64,000 nucleotides of DNA from Deferribacterales bacterium (GTDB lineage: Bacteria > Chrysiogenota > Deferribacteres > Deferribacterales > Geovibrionaceae). Below, piece after piece: positions 19,109 through 28,685 of the stretch (positions are counted from its first letter, which is position 1; each line of letters begins with the position of its first letter). The position numbers and the translations under genes are program-made. The stretch is from NCBI GenBank assembly GCA_050251945.1, contig JBFWLW010000004.1, forward strand, positions 96,001 through 160,000, read 5' to 3'. A model generated the notes under the pieces. That model saw nothing but the letters and a program-made list of their open reading frames with translations, had not been told where the DNA came from and did no database searches.

Positions 19109-19132
19109 CAGGTTCAAATCCTGTCATCCCGA
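19109..19132 (+). other. Putative attR: 3' fragment of a tRNA (Pro-like)
   Basis: CAGGTTCAAATCCTGTCATCCCGA is a T-arm plus acceptor 3' strand with no 5' half. Confidence 0.7.
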
Positions 19133-19278
19133 TTTGAAAAAGGGACATAAGCCGTCTGGCTTGTGTCCCTTTTTAATTTGCAGGATGGCAGGATTGCCCG
19201 AACTTGTTTTGGGCTCAATCATAGCAAATTTAACGTATATTTTTTCATACAGGACATAAACCTTTTGGCTTGTGTCCC

Positions 19279-19463
19279 CAGACTGGTGACAAAGTCAGAA
19301 AAATGCGAGATCGCGTCGTCGATTTATTCGATAAATAGTTTAAAGTGGACTCATTCAGCCTTCGGCTAGTGCTCCTCGCGAAGACAAAATAGTGTCTCTG
19401 CGAGGGTTTTAACCCGAAGCAGTCTAATGTGAGTCTTTGTAAATTTAGTTTGTCAACAAACTG
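19279..19463. mobile_element. MITE-like element with 15-bp imperfect TIRs and 28-bp flanking direct repeat
   Basis: Ends CAGACTGGTGACAAA / TTTGTCAACAAACTG; AGGACATAAACCTTTTGGCTTGTGTCCC at 19251-19278 and 19464-19491. Confidence 0.7.
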
Positions 19464-19543
19464 AGGACATAAACCTTTTGGCTTGTGTCCCTTTTTAATT
19501 TGCAGGATGACAGGATGCCCGAACTTGTTTCGGGCTGTCCTTA

Positions 19544-20320
19544 TCATTGCCCGGTATTTATTTCCGCAAGGTATTTCTTCGGAGGTTTTCCGAAATTCTT
19601 TTTAAACATCGCGATGAACGCTGTCACCGATTCATAGCCGAGATCCCACGCTATCTGCTGTATGGAATTTCCGGCTTCCAGCTTGCGCAGTGCCGTTGTT
19701 ATCTGGAACTGCTGCCTCCAGTGTCCGAATGTCAGTCCGGTTTCCTTAATTACAAGCCTCGCAAGATTTCTTTCAGACATTCCCATCTTTTTTGCCCATT
19801 GCAGAAGCGTCGTTCTGTCAGCCGGATTTATAGTGAGTGTGTCGGCTATTATGCTAAGCTTTTCGCTGTATGGAATGGGCATGCTGTAACCCGCGACAGG
19901 CAATTGTTCAAGAGTGTGAAGCAAGGCGTTTGAAAACATAAGGTCGCCTGAGTTTTCATAATAGTTTTTTGGCATTTTTGACATATGCAGAACCATTTCC
20001 CGAAGAAGAGAGGATATTCTGAAAAAAGTGCATGTTTCTGCCAGTTTAATTCTTTCCGGATTTATGAATATTAGGCAATACTCTGTGTTCGCTGTCGACT
20101 TTGTTTGGTGGATTACGTTTGCGGGGATAAAAAGAGCGCTCTGCTGCGGAATTATCCATAGGGTATTGTTGATAAGGCAGCTCACATTACCCTTTATATT
20201 GAGAATCAGCTCACATTCCGGATGTGCGTGTGCTTCGCGTATGAAGTCTATATTTCTTGCACGGATGACCGTACGAACTGCGGGACCGCTTTTTTCGTAA
20301 ATAATTGTTTCGTTATACAT
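19544..20320 (-). CDS. AraC-family regulator (cupin plus HTH)
   Basis: HAHPE...WIIPQQSALFIPANVIH; IAWDLGYESVTAFIAMFKK. Confidence 0.92.
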   Translation of the reverse strand: MYNETIIYEKSGPAVRTVIRARNIDFIREAHAHPECELILNIKGNVSCLINNTLWIIPQQSALFIPANVIHQTKSTANTEYCLIFINPERIKLAETCTFFRISSLLREMVLHMSKMPKNYYENSGDLMFSNALLHTLEQLPVAGYSMPIPYSEKLSIIADTLTINPADRTTLLQWAKKMGMSERNLARLVIKETGLTFGHWRQQFQITTALRKLEAGNSIQQIAWDLGYESVTAFIAMFKKNFGKPPKKYLAEINTGQ

Positions 20321-20780
20321 GTACCCAGCTCAATAAATAAAATTTGTCATAATAAAGCTATTTGTTGTCAGGATAGTCGGATTGCGCCTGATTTCAACAA
20401 AGATATAATCGTTGCAGATGCTGAATACACTTCGATAGGTAGATGTATAGCAGATAGTGCAAGGAAAATCAAAGGTGAAATCCTGTATTCCGGTCATGGA
20501 ATATGACGAAATTGTCCAGAATCTATGTGGGTTTTACTTTTTTTCTGCCGCGGCTGACGGCGGCGGGTTCCTTAACGGTTTTTTAACTTTTGTATCAGGA
20601 TGCTGACGGAAGGTAATGTTTCATTCCCGTGTAAGCTTCTGTCATGCATAGATTTGTTATGCGGCATTTTCTGTGTCGGATACGCACGGTGGAGGTGTGT
20701 CCGGACTCAAAGGCGGCATATTGAATTCGGCTATTGTTTTTCTTATTGAGAAATAAAGCGAAAAAAATGGAGGCTAATTT

Positions 20781-23120
20781 ATGGCTAAAAGGATTTTATT
20801 TCTTTTGATGCTTGCTTTCACCTGCATGTTTATACTTGCGGGTTGCGGCGGCTCAGACGGCTCTGACGGCAAAGATGCTGACACCTCTGCTATCATTGCT
20901 GAGCTTCAGGCACAGCTTGAAAGCGGACAGATCACTATCCAGCAATATGAGGATGCTATCGCCGCTCTTCAGGCACAGGCAAACTCAGGAAAAGTTGCTC
21001 AGGTGGAATCATGCTCTGTTTGTCACAACGATGTGGCAGAGATACACAAACAAGAAGCCAGCATCGTTATTTCAAGTGTTTCCGCCACTGATAACGGTGA
21101 CGGTACTGCTTCTCTGGACTTCTCGCTCTCCTATGACGGAAGCCCTGTAACTGATATAACTACAGGAACAGTGCTTGCCACTCGTTATGTATATTATAAC
21201 GATGCAACTCAAAATACTGCTATCACTGGAACCGCGACAACAAAAAGAGGTTTCAGACGTTATAACACAGGTATTACGGCTACAGTCACAAACAACGGCG
21301 GCGGCAGCTACAGTGTCGCTTTTGCCGGGCTGAACACAATTCCTGACTTTACCGCAGGCACAACACCTGCTCGTCTGTTTATCTCCGGTTCATCCACAAC
21401 TGCCGGCGGTTTCACTCTTACGGGCGACACCAACGGCGGTGTTCAGGGTGTTTATATCGACAGCACCGGATGCGAAAGATGCCACACCAGCGTATTCGAG
21501 TCATCACACCACGGCGCTTACAGCCCTCAGGGCGACCAGTGTCTCGTTTGTCACTCAAGATATGACGGCGGTACGGATTCTGAAGCCGGTCACAGACTTA
21601 CAAGATATGTTCACGGTATCCACAATTCCGAGAACATGACCGACGGAATATTTGTAAGAAGCTACACAACTGATACAAACGGCAACCGTGTGCCGGTTAC
21701 AACAACTCCTGACGGTGACGATACTTTTGCTGTTGGCTTTCCCACAAAAATGTCAGACTGCGAAGTTTGCCACACAACTCAGGTTGCAGATGTAACTGAC
21801 AACTCTCAGATGAACCTTACTCTCTGCAAATCTTGCCACAGAGGTTCAAAAGACCCATGGCTGACAACGGATGCAGGCTATGCCGATGCCATTGCAGAGG
21901 TCTGGGCGGCTATCCCCATGCCCAACGACGCTATCCGCAGCATCCACACCAACATGACAGAAGCCACCACTTGTGTCAGCGGTTCTTGCCACGGTTCGGC
22001 AGGTAAAGATCTTGCTGATATCCACTCCGGAAAAAGCAAAGCCAGAGAACTTGGTAAAAACATCTATTACTTCACTCCCGAAACTTCAGTAGCAAACGGC
22101 GTGCTGACTGTTACATGGGGTGCATTTGAAGATGCAAACGGAAACGGTACATACGATTCCGGCACGGATACAATGCTTGATGTAACAAACGCCACAGACA
22201 CAACCAAGCCTGTGTTCATGCAGACATACAGCGAAAGAGTTGTTGACGGTGTGATTCAGTCCGACGGCGTGAGAATTCTTGTGGGCTACTATGGACACGG
22301 CACGAAAGACGTTGCCAACTATGAAGGCTTCACAAAAACCAATTTCACAACAACGGATGCAACAGCATCAGGTTACACAACTGTCAACTCCGACGGCAAA
22401 GCTGTGACAAAAATAAAACTCAGCTCAACCATAATGACGCAATACGATGCGACCGAGGGTATTGTGGGCATTATCGGTATCCCGTGGGTTGACGGAGAGA
22501 ACGCTATCGTTAAAAGCGTTGCGAAAGAGTTTACCCTTGCCGACGGCGCAGACCTTGCGTCACCCCGCACGGCTGTTGCAAGCGACTCTAAATGCGACCA
22601 GTGTCACAACACGATAGCTATCCACATGGAAGAAGATGCTTCTTCGGGTCATGGACACACTGCGATAGGCGCTGTTGACGTATGCAGAATATGCCACGTT
22701 CCCAGTGCGGCGGCAGGACATTATCCTCAGCAGTCAAGATCCATCGACTCCTATGTCCACGCAATCCATGAGGGTGAACCCACTTTTGCCTCATATGGTT
22801 CAGAGGCAATTGAGTACCCGAAAAGCACCGCTGACTGCGAAGCATGTCACGATGCCGGAACATATGAAGTACCGGATCAGACAAAATCTCTCGGCGGCGT
22901 AATAAGCGGTTCCGAAGGTGCGAACACAACTGCTGACCAGTTTGTCACAGGTCCCGCGGCAGTGGCATGCGGCGGATGTCACAGAGCTTACCCTGTTATC
23001 ACAGGAAACTCTTCTGACCTTGCAAGCTTCAATGCACACACAAAAACATTCGGCTACAGAGCTGCTCTCAGCGACATGCCCTATGTTGATGTTCTGGACG
23101 TTGTATTCTCGCTGTTTTAA
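20781..23120 (+). CDS. OmcA/MtrC-type multiheme c-type cytochrome lipoprotein (about 10 hemes)
   Basis: Lipobox LAGC; nine CxxCH plus one CVSGSCH; VHGIH/VHAIH motifs. Confidence 0.85.
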   Translation: MAKRILFLLMLAFTCMFILAGCGGSDGSDGKDADTSAIIAELQAQLESGQITIQQYEDAIAALQAQANSGKVAQVESCSVCHNDVAEIHKQEASIVISSVSATDNGDGTASLDFSLSYDGSPVTDITTGTVLATRYVYYNDATQNTAITGTATTKRGFRRYNTGITATVTNNGGGSYSVAFAGLNTIPDFTAGTTPARLFISGSSTTAGGFTLTGDTNGGVQGVYIDSTGCERCHTSVFESSHHGAYSPQGDQCLVCHSRYDGGTDSEAGHRLTRYVHGIHNSENMTDGIFVRSYTTDTNGNRVPVTTTPDGDDTFAVGFPTKMSDCEVCHTTQVADVTDNSQMNLTLCKSCHRGSKDPWLTTDAGYADAIAEVWAAIPMPNDAIRSIHTNMTEATTCVSGSCHGSAGKDLADIHSGKSKARELGKNIYYFTPETSVANGVLTVTWGAFEDANGNGTYDSGTDTMLDVTNATDTTKPVFMQTYSERVVDGVIQSDGVRILVGYYGHGTKDVANYEGFTKTNFTTTDATASGYTTVNSDGKAVTKIKLSSTIMTQYDATEGIVGIIGIPWVDGENAIVKSVAKEFTLADGADLASPRTAVASDSKCDQCHNTIAIHMEEDASSGHGHTAIGAVDVCRICHVPSAAAGHYPQQSRSIDSYVHAIHEGEPTFASYGSEAIEYPKSTADCEACHDAGTYEVPDQTKSLGGVISGSEGANTTADQFVTGPAAVACGGCHRAYPVITGNSSDLASFNAHTKTFGYRAALSDMPYVDVLDVVFSLF

Positions 23121-23132
23121 CAGTTGACCATG

Positions 23133-23165
23133 AAAGCTCCGTGCGTATGTGCGGAGCTTTCTTTT
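23133..23165 (+). terminator. Intrinsic terminator
   Basis: AAAGCTCCG...CGGAGCTTT plus CTTTT. Confidence 0.75.
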
Positions 23166-23927
23166 AAATATTTTGCTTATACCCGCGGGCAGACGCTGTC
23201 TGTCGGTATGAGAAAAACATACCTGTTTGCACTGGAAGCGGATATGTAAAAAATGTAGCCTCCTTTTGCATTTTTACATAGGTCATTACTTTTAAAAAAT
23301 ATCGTTTCCAGTGCTTCTTTTTTCTTCTTTACAATTTTAACAGAGCAGCCTGTCCGGTTATTATAACAACCGTTATTTTCTTTGTTCCTGCTTATAACTG
23401 TCTTATGAGTGGTGATATTTTCTTGTTTTTGCTGCGGGTTTTTCAAAATTTAAGTGTTTATAAAAAATTAAACACATGTCTCATTGTTAACTTTTTACAC
23501 GAAAGCATATGAGCGGATGTATAATAGGTTGATGTCTAAGATTATATTTCATGAAATATTATAGCATCAATGTTTTTTGAATTAACTATAAGTGATATTA
23601 GTATTTCTAATAGTTTACTGTTAATTTGATATTAACTAAGTTCGTTAATATTTCATAAAAATATTTTATATCTATGTTTTGTATTATTGTTGTATTTTTA
23701 AATATGGCTTTTTGTGATATTGAAATTAACCCTTGAATAAAGCAATAAATGATGTTATCAATCATAGAACATTGTATTATAAAATGAATATAAAAGATGT
23801 TAGAAAATTTAAATGTTTGATTTCAGAAATTTAACCTGAGTGCAGATAAACTCAAACGGGGGTGACGGTTAAACAGGTTTCATGGGTTGACCACCCGCAG
23901 TATCGAAAAATAATGAGGAGGTAATCT

Positions 23928-24182
23928 ATGGAGAAAACTCAAGAACTTTACTGGAAAAAAGTTTTGAGACTGATTCGCAATGTGCTTATCGTGTGGTTCC
24001 TCTGCTCATACGGAGCTGGAATAATGTTCGCAGGCGCGCTGGACAAGATCAAACTCGGCGGATATCCTCTCGGGTTCTGGTTTGCACAGCAGGGTTCAAT
24101 CTACATCTTTGTCGCTCTCATCTTTATCTATGCGAAACTGATGGGCAAGATAGACGAAGAATTTGACGTGGCAGAAGATTAA
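23928..24182 (+). CDS. Small membrane partner of solute:sodium symporter (DUF485/DUF4212-like)
   Basis: GYPLGFWFAQQGSI motif; precedes symporter. Confidence 0.88.
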   Translation: MEKTQELYWKKVLRLIRNVLIVWFLCSYGAGIMFAGALDKIKLGGYPLGFWFAQQGSIYIFVALIFIYAKLMGKIDEEFDVAED

Positions 24183-24192
24183 GGAGGTGCCT

Positions 24193-25995
24193 ATGAGTCT
24201 GCAAGCAATGACATACCTTGTTGTCGGTCTGACGTTCGCGCTTTATCTTGGAATTGCGTTCTGGTCGCGTGCCGGCAGCACTAAAGAATTCTACGTCGCA
24301 GGCGGCGGCGTTCACCCTGTTATAAACGGTATGGCTACAGGCGCCGACTGGATGTCTGCGGCTTCTTTCATATCCATGGCGGGGATGATAGGTTATATGG
24401 GATACGGCGGAGCGCTGTTCCTTATGGGCTGGACAGGCGGCTACGTTCTTCTGGCGATGCTCCTTGCCCCGTATCTCAGGAAATTCGGAAAGTACACTGT
24501 GCCGGATTTCTTCAAATCACGCTATTATTCAAACACAGCCACAGTTGTTGCCGTTATTTGTCTTTTGGTTGCCTCAACCACATATATTATCGGTCAGATG
24601 ACCGGTGTCGGTGTCGCGTTTTCCCGTTTCCTTGGCGTTTCCAGTCAAATGGGCGTTATAATCGGTATGGCGATAGTGTTTGTTTATGCGGTTTTCGGCG
24701 GTATGAAAGGCATCACGTATACGCAGGTTGCACAGTATTGCGTTCTTATCCTTGCGTATACCATCCCCGCGATATTCATTTCGCTCCAGCTTACGGGTAA
24801 CCCCATTCCCCAGCTTGGTCTCGGCGGTCATTATGTCGGTTCCGATATGGCGCTTCTCACGAAGCTTGACCACATAGTGAACGACCTCGGATTCGGCAAG
24901 TACACCACTGCCGTCCCCGGAAGCAAGCTGAACATGTTCGTTTACACTGTTTCTCTTATGATAGGTACGGCGGGTCTTCCCCACGTTATCATTCGTTTCT
25001 TCACCGTACCGAAGGTTAAGGATGCCCGTTCATCCGCAGGCTGGGCGCTGGTGTTCATAGCCATTCTTTACACAACGGCTCCCTCCGTTGCGGCTATGGC
25101 CCGCCTCAATCTCCATGCCACAATCAACACAGAGGTTAAATCAGGCGGCGATATCTTCGCTCCCGAAGCGAGCATCAGCTATGACACACGTCCCGAGTGG
25201 ATGAAGCGCTGGGAAGTGACAGGACTTCTGAAGTTTGAGGACAAAAACGGTGACGGACGTATCCAGTATTACAACGACACGTCCAAAAACCCTGAATTCC
25301 TTGCGAAGGCTGAAGCGGCAGGCTGGAAAGGCAGCGAGCTTACAGTTAACAACGATATTATGGTTCTTGCCAACCCTGAGATCGCAAAACTCCCCAACTG
25401 GGTAATCGCTCTGGTTGCGGCAGGCGGTCTTGCTGCGGCTCTTTCAACGGCTGCTGGTCTGCTTCTTGCCATTGCATCGGCAATATCGCATGACCTTCTT
25501 AAAAACATGCTGATGAAAGACCTCTCGGATAAGGGTGAACTTATGGCGGGACGTATCGCTATGGCATGTGCAATAGTTGTTGCAGGCTATCTCGGGATGT
25601 ACCCTCCCGACTTTGCGGCGGGAACCGTGGCGATTGCCTTCGGTTTGGCGGCATCGTCAATATTCCCAGCTCTTATGATGGGTATTTTCAGCAAAACCAT
25701 GAACAAACAGGGAGCTGTAGCGGGTATGATAGCCGGTCTGGGATTCACAATGATATATGTGTTTGCCCACACAGGTATATTCTATATTCATGGAACTGAA
25801 TACTGGCAGATATTCGGCAAGAAGGATTTCTTCTTCGGCATATCTCCAAACGCTATCGGAGCCATTGGCGCAGTGGTCAACTTTATAGTGGCATTTGCCG
25901 TTAAAAATATGACGGCGCCTGTGCCGGATCACATAGCGGCTATGGTTGAAAGCGTTCGTATCCCCAAAGGGGCGGGCGGCGCAGTAGACCATTAA
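24193..25995 (+). CDS. actP: Cation/acetate symporter (sodium:solute symporter family)
   Basis: GMATGADWMSAASFIS, GGMKGITYTQVAQY, GTAGLPHVIIRFFTVP motifs. Confidence 0.88.
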   Translation: MSLQAMTYLVVGLTFALYLGIAFWSRAGSTKEFYVAGGGVHPVINGMATGADWMSAASFISMAGMIGYMGYGGALFLMGWTGGYVLLAMLLAPYLRKFGKYTVPDFFKSRYYSNTATVVAVICLLVASTTYIIGQMTGVGVAFSRFLGVSSQMGVIIGMAIVFVYAVFGGMKGITYTQVAQYCVLILAYTIPAIFISLQLTGNPIPQLGLGGHYVGSDMALLTKLDHIVNDLGFGKYTTAVPGSKLNMFVYTVSLMIGTAGLPHVIIRFFTVPKVKDARSSAGWALVFIAILYTTAPSVAAMARLNLHATINTEVKSGGDIFAPEASISYDTRPEWMKRWEVTGLLKFEDKNGDGRIQYYNDTSKNPEFLAKAEAAGWKGSELTVNNDIMVLANPEIAKLPNWVIALVAAGGLAAALSTAAGLLLAIASAISHDLLKNMLMKDLSDKGELMAGRIAMACAIVVAGYLGMYPPDFAAGTVAIAFGLAASSIFPALMMGIFSKTMNKQGAVAGMIAGLGFTMIYVFAHTGIFYIHGTEYWQIFGKKDFFFGISPNAIGAIGAVVNFIVAFAVKNMTAPVPDHIAAMVESVRIPKGAGGAVDH

Positions 25996-26056
25996 CAATA
26001 ATATCCCCGCCGGAGTGTTTTCGGCGGGGAACCTTTAAAGTATTAAGGAGTTGCAG

Positions 26057-26434
26057 ATGGTTTTGGATGTCAGTGTGGTTTTAACATGGATACTTTTTCT
26101 AGCGCTTTTTCCCGTTTGTTTCTTCTGGACACGCAGGGCTTACCGTATTTTTATCAGGAAAGATTATTCCGAAGTGGCTCTTAAACGCGGCGAACTTCCG
26201 AAAAACCCTAAGAAATGGGCGCCGTTCACTGGTTTTATAAACCTTGCCGGAGGGCTTGCCGCCGCATGGACGATAGTTGGTGTTCTCTTTCTGGGCTATC
26301 CTTATGAAACATGGTCGGCTCTTGCCGGAAGCACCATCTGGTCGAAAATATTTGCCGATTTCATACTTAGGCAGCAGGCGCATCCATTTGTTTTCGGCAG
26401 GAAAAAGAAAGAGGCTGCGGCTGAATTACAGTGA
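26057..26434 (+). CDS. Hypothetical membrane protein
   Basis: AAGGAG RBS; several hydrophobic segments. Confidence 0.65.
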   Translation: MVLDVSVVLTWILFLALFPVCFFWTRRAYRIFIRKDYSEVALKRGELPKNPKKWAPFTGFINLAGGLAAAWTIVGVLFLGYPYETWSALAGSTIWSKIFADFILRQQAHPFVFGRKKKEAAAELQ

Positions 26435-26560
26435 CCATTCCTCAACTCCCTAGATAAATCTGCACAAAAAAAGTCCTCGAAAGGGGACTTTTTTTGTTAA
26501 ACTTAAACAATACCTTTAGGCACATCCTTGTGCCTCCATACAGGATCGGCGGGGTGACAG

Positions 26561-28477
26561 ATGTCGGAAGTTAAAAATTTAAACAAATACTCACCTTTTG
26601 ATAAGATTCCGGAAGATGCCGCCATGGGCATTGTGAACGCATCAAAGGTTGTTCAGTTTCCCATGGGCACTATTATTTTTACGCAGACTGATAAGCCGTC
26701 GGGCTATTTGTATTTCATTGGCAGCGGAAAGATAGATATCATAGTGGAAACGCCGGAAGGCGTGGAGATGATAGTCGATACGCGGTCGCAGGGCGGTTAT
26801 TTCGGATGGACACCTGTATTTACAAACGACGGATACACAGCGGGAGCGCGTGCGGCGGAGGATTCCGTGTGTCTGCTCATCCCGCAGGAGCTGGTGCTTG
26901 AGAATGCGAGAAAGTATCCGGACATTTCCAATTACTTTAACAAAGCCATCTTTTCGCAGGTACGCAAGCTTTACAGGGAGATGGTTGAGCGCAATTCAAT
27001 GGATCCCGCGGCGCAGATGGAGGCATATCCGTTTCAGAAGCGTCTGAACGAAATAATGTCCAGACCCGTTATGACCTGTATGGTTGACGATAGTGTGCAG
27101 AGGGTGGCAGTTAAGATGACGGAAGAGGGTATCGCGGCGCTTGTGGTTACGAACAGGGAAGGGCGCATGGAAGGCATAATTACAGAGCGCGACCTTGTAC
27201 GCAAAGTGCTGGCACGGGATGTGCAGAACCATTCCGCGTTGCCTGTTTCCGATGTGATGACGCGTAATCCGTATTTCATGACTCCTGAAACGTATATGTA
27301 CGAAGCGGCTACATTCATGTTCCGACACGGCATAAGGCATCTGCCGGTGCTGGCAGGCGACGTGATAGCGGGAATAGTTTCAATTCAGGATCTCATGCGG
27401 TTCCGCAGTCAGAAATCCATGTTGCTCGTGGGCGGCGCAAACGAGGCGGAGACCGTGGCGGAGCTGGCGGAAGTTTATAAGGCTATTGTTAAAGTTGCGC
27501 GGGTGCTTCTGGTTGAGAACCGTTCCCACGTTGAAACTATGGAAATACTCTCTTATGTCCATCACAGTGTGATACGCCGCTGTTTCGAGATAGTTAAGCG
27601 TTCCATGCTCGACGACGGCTACGTTATGCCGGATATCCGCTGGTGTTTCCTTATCATGGGCAGCGGCGGGCGGAAAGAGATGCTTTTGGGACCTGATCAG
27701 GATAACGGGTTTCTGTACGATGATTACCCGGAAGAACTGAACGGGGCTGTGGAGGCGTTTTTTGTTCCGTTCTCGGAGAGGCTGGTGACGGCGCTTGCAG
27801 AGGTCGGGTATCATCTCTGTAATGGTAAGGTGATGGTCAACAATCCTGCATGGCGCGGCAGACTGCGCGAATGGCGGGACAGGGTGGCGCGCTGGATTCA
27901 GGTGCCGGAACCCCAAAGGGTGCGGTATTCGTCCATATTCTTCGATTTTATGCCCATTGCGGGCGACAGTTCGCTCTGTTTTGACCTGCGCGAGACAGTG
28001 AGCAAGCTTATCAAAGCAAATCCGCTGTTTCTGTATCAGATGATGGAACTTGACTATAAACATAAGGTGCCGCTGGGTCTGCTGGACAGATTCATTACCC
28101 ATAAGACAGGTGAGCATAAAGGGCTTCTGTCGCTGAAAGAGAACGGAAGCATTTTTATCGTGGACTGTGTGCGTATGTATATGCTGGAACAGGGAATTCA
28201 TGGTGTAAGCACCTTAGACAGGCTGGACAGGCTGGAAGAACTCGGGAAATTCAACAAGGCGACCGCCGATCATGTTAAGGCGGCGTTTGAATCGTTCACA
28301 TATCTGCGTCTGCAAAACGAGATAAAGTGCATAGACCACGGACTTGCACCCAGTCATTTTCTCGACCCTGACAGTTTGACAGAGCAGGAGGCGGAGCTTC
28401 TGAAAGAAGCGTTCAAAGCAGCCGGAAAGTTACAGGATTCCACCAGACGCTATTTTTCAAAGATAATAGGAAGGTAA
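26561..28477 (+). CDS. cNMP-binding/CBS/DUF294 nucleotidyltransferase-like signalling protein
   Basis: CBS pair (GIITERDL, IRHLPV) and MGSGGRKE...DQDN motif; usual actP neighbour. Confidence 0.88.
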   Translation: MSEVKNLNKYSPFDKIPEDAAMGIVNASKVVQFPMGTIIFTQTDKPSGYLYFIGSGKIDIIVETPEGVEMIVDTRSQGGYFGWTPVFTNDGYTAGARAAEDSVCLLIPQELVLENARKYPDISNYFNKAIFSQVRKLYREMVERNSMDPAAQMEAYPFQKRLNEIMSRPVMTCMVDDSVQRVAVKMTEEGIAALVVTNREGRMEGIITERDLVRKVLARDVQNHSALPVSDVMTRNPYFMTPETYMYEAATFMFRHGIRHLPVLAGDVIAGIVSIQDLMRFRSQKSMLLVGGANEAETVAELAEVYKAIVKVARVLLVENRSHVETMEILSYVHHSVIRRCFEIVKRSMLDDGYVMPDIRWCFLIMGSGGRKEMLLGPDQDNGFLYDDYPEELNGAVEAFFVPFSERLVTALAEVGYHLCNGKVMVNNPAWRGRLREWRDRVARWIQVPEPQRVRYSSIFFDFMPIAGDSSLCFDLRETVSKLIKANPLFLYQMMELDYKHKVPLGLLDRFITHKTGEHKGLLSLKENGSIFIVDCVRMYMLEQGIHGVSTLDRLDRLEELGKFNKATADHVKAAFESFTYLRLQNEIKCIDHGLAPSHFLDPDSLTEQEAELLKEAFKAAGKLQDSTRRYFSKIIGR

Positions 28478-28504
28478 TAAAGAAGCCTCTGTTGCCGGAG
28501 GCTT

Positions 28505-28658
28505 TAGTGTTGCTGACAGTCATAATTTCCATTTTTCTCCCTCCTTTAGCAAAAGGAGGGCTGGGGTGGATTTGACTGATGTTTAATCAAAATCCCCCTT
28601 AATCCCCCTTTTCTAAAGGGGGAGATAGAAACGTAAAATCCAGTTTGTCATCAGTCTG
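28505..28658. repeat. MITE/REP-like palindromic element between convergent genes
   Basis: Right end TTTGTCATCAGTCTG; internal CCCCCTTT..AAAGGGGG-type hairpins; flanked by AAGCCTC...GAGGCTT hairpins. Confidence 0.5.
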
Positions 28659-28685
28659 AAGCCTCCTTTGTCAGAGGCTTTTTAT

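Larger units (their letters stand above)
1..19132 (+). mobile_element. Prophage, right arm (siphovirus-type late and lysis modules); continues left of the window
   Basis: Co-oriented capsid, head-tail, tail tube, chaperone, tape measure, tail tip, fibre, holin, endolysin and spanin genes ending at a tRNA 3'-end fragment (19109-19132). Confidence 0.93.

Noticed and set aside
20450..20780. Cyclic dinucleotide (GEMM) riboswitch upstream of the cytochrome
   Set aside because: Only a vague GACGGCGGCGGGTTCC resemblance; the GGCAAA/GAAA/GACGCAAA core is not present
23177..23830. ORF 23177-23446 and AT-rich tract as gene or origin
   Set aside because: TTG start, low-complexity product, no DnaA-box array seen; probably the actP regulatory region
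27380..28201. Long antisense ORFs (also 36799-37422, 49789-50493, 62886-63668)
   Set aside because: Shadow frames of well-supported genes with no motifs
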